Shown here piece by piece: positions 52,601-61,600 of a stretch of 64,000 nt of DNA (its first letter is position 1; each line of letters opens with the position of its first letter). The stretch is from an uncultured Elusimicrobia bacterium. GTDB lineage: Bacteria > Elusimicrobiota > Elusimicrobia > 2-01-FULL-59-12. The notes below the pieces were generated by a model, which was not told where the DNA came from, did no database searches, and worked only from the letters and a program-made list of their open reading frames with translations. The stretch is taken from contig OY969767.1 of assembly GCA_963702895.1 (NCBI GenBank), positions 1 to 64,000 on the forward strand, given 5' to 3'. A program made the position numbers and the translations under genes.

Positions 52601-55600
52601 GGGGTGGCGCCGCCGGCCGAGAGGGCGTTATCTTCGCCGCGGACTTCCATTTTAATGAGGCGGCTCGTTCCTATGGCGGGCCAGCTGATATCAAAGGGAT
52701 ATGTCCAGGCGCCGGATCCGGAGGTGCGGGTGCGCCAAGCGGTGTCAGCGGTGACGGTGTACGAGGAGAAGACGGCGCCGTCGTAGTAATAGGTGTCAGG
52801 CGCCAGGAGGTACGAGAGGCGGATTTGGTAGTTCTTGACGCCGGAGGCGAGTGACAAAGGATCGGTGATCGTTCCTGCCAAGAGGGAGCCGGTGGCGGTC
52901 TTGCCGATATTGGCTCTTTGATAAGAGGGAGTGCCCGCGGGATTGGGGACGGTGATCGCGATGTTGGGGGCGGCGGTATCAATGATGACCTGGATGGAAG
53001 AGACGTCGACCGTAAAGACGCTCTGGGAAAGTCCCGAAGGAGCAAAAGCTTTCGCGACGAGGAGGTATTTCTGATTGCCGAGGAGCTTGCCGGCGAGACC
53101 CGCTGGGGCGAAGGACCAGGAGACGGGGTTCGTGGTGGCGGTGGAGGTCACGCTGATGAAGTTGGGGACGGCTTGCGGGCCAACGGTGAAGTTGTAAGAG
53201 CCGTCCATCCAGAGACCGTTGCTGAGACTTTGGATGGCGACTTGGACATTGGAGATGCCGACGTCGCCGGTGGCGGTGCCGGAGGTGATCGACAAAGAGG
53301 TCACGCCGGAGGTGGAGGCCAGGACCGGCATCGTGATGACGGCGGTGGGTGCGGCGGTGTCATAGATGACGGTGATGCCGGCGCCTGCTGGGATATTGGC
53401 GGCGGAGAGACCGAATTCGGTATTGCCGGCGATGTCGGTGGAGCGGCTGATGATGAAGTAGGTGGAGCCCGAGAGCAGTGCCGACTGCAGAGCCGCTGGG
53501 AGGTTGTAGGACCAGGTACCACTAGAAGCCCCTATATAGGAAGCCGTGGAGTAGACAGGGTTGGCGGCGGCAAAAGAAGCGTTGTTCCACCAGGATCCGC
53601 CGACAAGCTGTACGGCGACGGAAACGCTCGAACTATAGATGCCGGAAGGATAGGTGGGTGAACCGATCTGGTCACTCGCGCGGCCTGTGACTTGAGTCCA
53701 AGAGGTGATGTAGCCGGCGGCCGGGGAGGTGATGGCCGAAGTAGGTTTCTGGACGTCATAGACGAAGTTGAGAGCGGCGTTATTCGAATTCTGGGCGTTA
53801 TCGGTGGCGGTGACCGAGAGTTGATAGAGGTGGTCGTTCACAAAGCTGATGCCGGCTCTGTCAAAGGACCAGGTGGCGGGTGATCCTCCGGCGGGTGAGG
53901 AGGTGTAGAGGTTAAAGGCGCCGGTGACGTCCTGCAGAGTGAGTGTGACGGTGGAAACCCCGGTGGGGTTGGAACCTGGATCGGAGGAGGTGCCGGCGAA
54001 GGGCGTGGATAAGAGGACCTGGGAATAGAAGCCATTATTGGTCGGCTGGGTAATCGAGACGGTCGGCACCTGGGTGTCATAGGTGAAAGTGGTGACCTGG
54101 GTGGCGTAGCTGTTGCCGGCGAGGTCCGCGAACTGGGCGCGCAGGTAATAGATATTGCCGGAGGTAAGAGCCCCTGCCGGGATGGTGTAGAACCAGTTCG
54201 TGGCGGTGGTGGTGGTGATCCAGGTTTGGACGGTGGGTGCGGACCAGGCGGAACCCGTCCAGTAGGACTTGGCGGCGCCAAGGCCCGTGGAGATTTCGAC
54301 TTGCAGGGTGTTTAAGCCAGCCAAGTCATCGGAGGCTGAGCCATACATGCCGATGGTGCTGCTCGAGAGGTTGGCGTTGGCGTAAGGGTAAGTGATGGCG
54401 CCGGTGGGACTCACGTCATCGAGTTTAAAGGAGGCGATATCGGTGCCGATGGAGGCAGGCACCGAGAGGTTGCCGGGGGTGGCGCCGCCGGCCGAGAGGG
54501 CGTTATCTTCGCCGCGGACTTCCATTTTAATGAGGCGGCTCGTTCCTATGGCGGGCCAGCTGATATCAAAGGGATATGTCCAGGCGCCGGATCCGGAGGT
54601 GCGGGTGCGCCAAGCGGTGTCAGCGGTGACGGTGTACGAGGAGAAGACGGCGCCGTCGTAGTAATAGGTGTCAGGCGCCAGGAGGTACGAGAGGCGGATT
54701 TGGTAGTTCTTGACGCCGGAGGCGAGTGACAAAGGATCGGTGATCGTTCCTGCCAAGAGGGAGCCGGTGGCGGTCTTGCCGATATTGGCTCTTTGATAAG
54801 AGGGAGTGCCCGCGGGATTGGGGACGGTGATCGCGATGTTGGGGGCGGCGGTATCAATGATGACCTGGATGGAAGAGACGTCGACCGTAAAGACGCTCTG
54901 GGAAAGTCCCGAAGGAGCAAAAGCTTTCGCGACGAGGAGGTATTTCTGATTGCCGAGGAGCTTGCCGGCGAGACCCGCTGGGGCGAAAGACCAGGAGGCG
55001 GGGTTGCCTGGCGCGGTGGAGGTCACGCTGATGAAGTTCGGGCTGGCTTGAGGGCCGACCGTGAAGTTGTAAGAGGCGTCCATCCAGAGGCCATTGGCGA
55101 TATTTTGGATGGCGACTTGGACGTTGGAGATGCCGACGTCGCCGGTGGCGGTGCCGGAGGTGATCGACAAAGAGGTCACGCCGGAGGTGGAGGCCAGGAC
55201 CGGCATCGTGATGACGGCGGTGGGTGCGGCGGTGTCATAGATGACGGTGATGCCGGCGCCTGCTGGGATATTGGCGGCGGAGAGACCGAATTCGGTATTG
55301 CCGGCGATGTCGGTGGAGCGGCTGATGATGAAGTAGGTGGAGCCGCTCAAAAGAGCCGACTGTAGAGCCACCGGCAAGTTGTAGGACCAGGTGCCGGAGG
55401 AAGCGCCTATATAGGAAGCGGTGGAGTAGACAGGATTGGCGGCGGCAAAGGAAGCGCCGTTCCACCAGGAGCCGCCGAAGAGCTGGACAGCCACCGAGAC
55501 GCTGGAGCTGTAGATGCCGGACGGATAGGTGGGCGAGCCGGTTTGGTCTGAGGCGCGGCCGGTGACTTGGGTCCAGGAGGTGACGTAGCCGGCGGCCGGG

Positions 55601-58600
55601 GAGGTGATGGCCGAAGTGGGTTTCTGGACGTCATAGACGAAGTTGACCGAAGCGTTGCCTGGATTGAGGGCGTTATCGGTGGCCACCGCGGTGAGTTGAT
55701 AGAGGTGGTCATTGATGAAGCTGATGCCGGCTCGGTTAAAGGACCAGGAGGCCGGCGAGCCGCCGGCGGCAGAGGAGGTGTAGAGGTTAAAGGCGCCGGT
55801 GACGTCCTGCAAGGTGATGGTGACGGTGGACACCCCCGTGGGATTAGATCCCGGATCGGTGGAAGTGCCGGCGAAGGGTGTCGAGACCAGGACTTGGGAA
55901 TAGAAGCCGTTCGAGGTCGGCTGCGTAATCGATACGGTCGGCGCCTGGGTGTCGTAGGTGAAGGTGGTGATTTGGGTGGCAAAAGAGTTACCGGCCAGGT
56001 CCGCGAACTGGGCGCGGAGGTAATAGATATTGCCGCTGGTGAGGGCGCCTGCCGGGATGGTGTAGAACCAGTTGGCGGCGGTGGTGGTGGTGATCCAGGC
56101 TTGGGCGCCAGGGGCCGACCAAGCCGATCCAGTCCAGTAGGATTTGGAGCCTGCGAGGCCGGTGGAGATTTCGACTTGGAGGGTATTCAAGCCCGCTAAG
56201 TCATCGGAAGCGGAACCATACATGCCGATGGTGGCGCTGGAGAGGTTCGCGCTCGCGTAAGGATAGGTAATGGCGCCGGCGGGAGCGACGTCATCGAGTT
56301 TAAAGAACGTGATATCGGTGCCGGTGGAGGTGGGGACCGAGAGGTTGCCGGGGGTGGCGCCGCCGGCCGAGAGGGCGTTATCTTCGCCGCGGACTTCCAT
56401 TTTGACGAGGCGGCTCGTTCCTATGGCGGGCCAGCTGATATCAAAGGGATATGTCCAGGCGCCGGATCCGGAGGTGCGGGTGCGCCAAGCGGTGTCAGCG
56501 GTGACGGTGTACGAGGAGAAGACGGCGCCGTCGTAGTAATAGGTGTCAGGCGCCAGGAGGTACGAGAGGCGGATTTGGTAGTTCTTGACGCCGGAGGCGA
56601 GTGACAAAGGATCGGTGATCGTTCCTGCCAAGAGGGAGCCGGTGGCGGTCTTGCCGATATTGGCTCTTTGATAAGAGGGCGTACCCACCGGGTTGGGAAC
56701 GGTGATGGCGACATTCGGTGCGGCGGTATCAATGATGACCTGGATGGAAGAGACGTCGACCGTAAAGACGCTCTGGGAAAGTCCCGAAGGAGCAAAAGCT
56801 TTCGCGACGAGGAGGTATTTCTGATTGCCGAGGAGCTTGCCGGCGAGACCCGCTGGGGCGAAAGACCAGGAGGCGGGGTTGCCTGGCGCGGTGGAGGTCA
56901 CGCTGATGAAGTTCGGGCTGGCTTGAGGGCCGACCGTGAAGTTGTAAGAGGCGTCCATCCAGAGGCCATTGGCGATATTTTGGATGGCGACTTGGACGTT
57001 GGAGATACCCACATCCCCGGATGCGGTACCGGAGGCAATCGAGAGGCTCATGACGCCGGAGGTGGAGGCGAGCACCGGCATCGTGATGACGGCGGTGGGG
57101 GCGGCGGTGTCATAGATGACGGTGATGCCGGCGCCTGCTGGGATATTGGCGGCGGAGAGACCGAATTCGGTATTGCCGGCGATGTCGGTGGAGCGGCTGA
57201 TGATGAAGTAGGTGGAGCCCGAGAGCAGTGCCGACTGCAGAGCCGCTGGGAGGTTGTAGGACCAGGTGCCGGAGGAGGCGCCTATATAGGAAGCACTGGA
57301 GTAGACGGGGTTGGCGGCGACGAAGGAAGCGCCGTTCCACCAGGATCCGCCGACAAGCTGTACGGCGACGGAAACGCTCGAACTATAGATGCCGGAAGGA
57401 TAGGTGGGTGAACCGATCTGGTCACTCGCGCGGCCTGTGACTTGAGTCCAAGAGGTGATGTAGCCGGCGGCCGGCGACGTAATGGCCGAAGTAGGTTTCT
57501 GGACGTCATAGACAAAATTGACGGAAGCGTTGCCTGGATTCAGGGCGTTATCCGTAGCCGTCACGCTGAGTTGATAGAGATGGTCGTTGGTAAAGCTAAT
57601 GCCGGGTCGGTCAAAGGACCAAGTGGCGGGCGTGCCGCCGGCGGGCGAGGAGGTGTAGAGGTTAAAGGCGCCGGTGACGTCCTGCAGAGTGAGTGTGACG
57701 GTGGAAACCCCGGTGGGGTTGGAACCCGGATCGGAGGAGGTGCCGGCGAAGGGTGTCGAGACCAGGACCTGGGAATAGAAGCCGTTGTTCGTGGGCTGGG
57801 TGATGGAGACCGTTGGCGCCTGGGTGTCGTAGGTGAAGGAGGTGACTTGTGTGGCAAAGGAGTTGCCGGCGAGATCCGTGAACTGGGCGCGGAGGTAGTA
57901 GATGTTGCCGGAGACGAGGGCGGCGCCGGGGATGGTGTAGAACCAGTTGGCGGCGGTGGTGGTGGTGATCCAGGTCTGGGAGGTTGGGGCGGTCCAGGTG
58001 GATCCGGACCAGTAGGACTTGGCGGCGGCCAGACCCGTGGATATTTCGACCTGGCTGAGGGTGATGCCCGAGAGATCATCGGAGGAGGATCCGAACATGC
58101 CGACGGTGGCGCTGGAGATGGTGGCGTTGGCATGGGGATAGGTGATGGCGCCCGCGGGCGGGTTGATGTCGACGTTGAAGCTGACACTGATCGGGGCGCT
58201 GACATTGCCGCCACCCGTGCCGTCGCCGAGCGAGGCATTGTCCACGCTGCGTGCCTGGAAGGTCATCACGTGGCTCGCGTCGGTGGGCCAGACGATGTCT
58301 TTGGTGTAGAGCCAGCCCGAACCAGCGCCAAACCACGCGCTCGTCGCAGTGACCGTGAAGGAAGAGAACTGATTGGCGTTCCCGTCCCAGTAATAGGTGT
58401 CATTGGCCAGGAGGTAGGACAATTGGATCTCGACATGATGAACGCCGGACGCGTAGAGCCCGGCATCCGAAGTGGTCCCATGGAAGCGTGACACCGTGCC
58501 GGATTGCCCGATATTATCCGGCTGATAGGACGCTCCTGCCGTGGGAGGGGCGATCAGGGCCAGGGTCGGCGCCGCTTTATCGACGGTGATGATGTACGAA

Positions 58601-61600
58601 GAGCTGTTCACCGTAAAGGTGGACTGGCTGTTGCCGGCCACATCGACGGCCTGTGTGACGAGAGTGTATTTCCGGTTGTTCTGGAATTTCACGTCCAGGT
58701 TGGCCGGTGCGTACGTCCAGGCGGTGGCGTTTGAGGAGGTGGTGGTCGCGATAAAGTAGGGGGTGCTCTGGAGGACATTGAATCCGGAACCATCAAACCA
58801 GGACTCATCCGTATGGCTGTAGATCGCCAGGTTCACGATGTTGTTGACATTGTTGTCGACGGCGGCTCCCGAGAGGCTTGGAAGCGACTTGATCCCCGCG
58901 AGCCCGGCAGCCGGGATCGTCAGTGTGGCCGTCGGGATGACAATGTCGAAGGTAAATGCCGCGTGCGCCAGATCCAGGGAGTTCCCGGCTTTGTCCACCA
59001 TGATCTGATGGGCCACATAGGACCTGTTGTTCTCCCAGGCCCCCGTGCCTGTGTCGATCTGGAAATAGGTGGTCGTGTAGCTCCAGATGCCTCCATTGAG
59101 CGTGGCGGGCAGGTCCGTCACAACGGCGGCGAGCGCGGTGAAAGTCGAGCTTTGCCAGTTCCAATATTTGCTTCCATCCTCAGCCCGCGCGACACGGAAA
59201 TAAGTCTGCGTCATCAGGCCGGGCGAAACATCTGTGGCCGTGCCGGAGAGTGTGGGGAGGCTGTTGAGGTAGAGCCTGCTGTCGGGAGCGGTCATCACGC
59301 CCGAGGGGGGCGTGTCGTCGATGACAAAAATGACGGACTGCGGAGAAGCCTCCACGGTTCCGTTCAACAGGTCTCTGGCCAGGGTGTAAAGCACATAGTT
59401 GTGATTGGTCGACCACTTCACTTGCGGAATGCTGAGCTGCCAGGTCCCCCCGGAGAAGCTCGTGACGCCGACATACCCGTTAAAAGTGTGAGTCGACACG
59501 AAGTCGGCGCCGTTCCATACTTGATCGTCATCGCCGGAGCCGCAGGTGATGTCCACGCCGCAATCGACGAGTTGCGCCTGAACCGTCGTGGCGTTGGCGG
59601 CGGTCCCCTGCAGAAGGATGATGTTGGAGCGCAGATGCGGGTTCGTTCCGTCCGGGGAGATGATCACGCTCGACGGAGGCGGGCTCTGGAGGGTGACCTG
59701 AACATAGGACGTGTTAAAGAGCGGGGAACCTGGCTTGGGGGCGCCATTGGCGGCCAGGTCCACGGCTTTGGCGAAGATGTTGTAGGTAATCCCGGTAATG
59801 CTCGTCGCCCAGGTGGGCGTGGAGCTTCCCGTGGCGGTCCACGCTCCCGTGACGGAGTCTACCGATGTGGCGTTCAGAAAAACCTCACTCGCTGAGTCGA
59901 AAGCCCCCGAAACGGGGCTCCAATAGAAGCCGGTGTCGTTTCGCTGATAGGAGAGCTGAACCGTGTTGATGATCCCGGGCGCGACATCGGTGGCGTTTCC
60001 TGTGAGCGTGTTGAGGATGAACAGGGGCGTGCTGCTGGGCGTTGTAATCGTCCCTGAAGGCGCGGTAAAGTCCGCCGTGAAGGTGGACGTGGAATAGGCC
60101 ACCTGGCTGTTGCCGGCTTTGTCCGTCGCGTAGGCTTCCGCGGAGAAGGTCACGTTCGTCAGCCACAGCGACTGAGGCAGAGTCCAGAACGTTGTGGAGG
60201 GGGTCAGGCTCGCGCTCTGCCAGGTGTTGGCCGTGGCGGTCCACGATGAGCCGGTCCAGAACGAGCTGAAGGAATCGGTGCTGATGCGGACCTTGACGCT
60301 GGCAATGCCGCTCGGGACATGGCCGGGAGCGACCAGGGCATCGGTCGAAGTTCCCATCACGTAGCCCGTCTGGCTCACATAACCACCGGCGGTCGGGTAC
60401 GTGATGGCGGCGGTCGGCGTGGAGAGGTCCATGATGAAGCTGATCGTGCTGTAGGCCACTTCGATGTTCCCCGCGAAATCCGTCGCCTTGGATTCCACAA
60501 AATACTGATAGCCATCCACGAACAACGAATACTGACCGGGCGTCAGCGTCCGGCTCCAGTTGTAATTGGGGAAGACGGCCACGTTGACCGTGGCGGTGAA
60601 GGGGAAGTTCAGCGCGGTTGGCGTGGCGTCGAAGTCCGTGATGAGAGGATTTAAGTACTTGCCGTCGGACCGGCCCACGCGGCACACCACATTGGCGATG
60701 CCGGATCCGCCGGAGCTCATGTCCGTGGCGGTCCCCGCCAGGGCGGGCGCCATCGTGCCAATGTTGGAATTATTCGCGGGCGCTGTCGTCACCGATACGG
60801 GGACGGTGGCGTCGACCGTAAACACGGTACCGCCCGCCGTAAACGTCGGGTTGGCCGGCGTGTTGCCCGCGCGGTCAATCCCGCGAACAAAGACCCTGTA
60901 GGTGGCGTTCGAGCTGAAGGTCCCCGCGTTAAAATCATTGTAAGTCCAGGTGCCGCTGGAGCTTCCCACAAAGGTCGCGTTCTGCCACGGGTTGCAGGCG
61001 CCGCTGCAGTTGCCCGTCCATTCGGTTGCCGTGCCGGCCCAATAGCGATCGATGGTATCAATGAGGGCGATGCTGACGGTGTTCACACCGGATCCGGTGA
61101 GCGTGTCGGTCGCGGTGCCCGTGATGGACGAAACGAGAACATAGGAGTTGTTGTTCGCGGGGAAACTCACGGCAGAATTGGCGGTCGCGCTGTCAAAGAG
61201 GATGGTCAGGCCGACGCCCGCCGGCAGGTCGGAACTCAGCGGTCCAAATTCGGCGTTGCCGGCCGTATCCGTTGATCGCGTGACGAACCGGTAGGTTGTT
61301 CCTGAAATGATCGCGCTCTGCAAAGCGCCGGGGAGCGTATACGTCCAGGTGTTCGGCTGCGGGGTGGTGGTGTTGGTCACGGTGTAATAGACCGGGTCCG
61401 CGGAAGCGGTGAAATTCGCGCCGTTCCACCAGTTGGAGCCCACCTGTTTAAAGGCCAGCTGAACGCTCGATGTCGAAAGGTTCGCGGGGTTGGCGTAGGT
61501 CGTCCCTCCAGGATTGTCGGTTGCCTGCCCGGTCACATCATCGAAATCGGTCATGTACGGAGGGGCAGGGGAGGTGATCGTGCTGGTGGGCTTGGCGACG

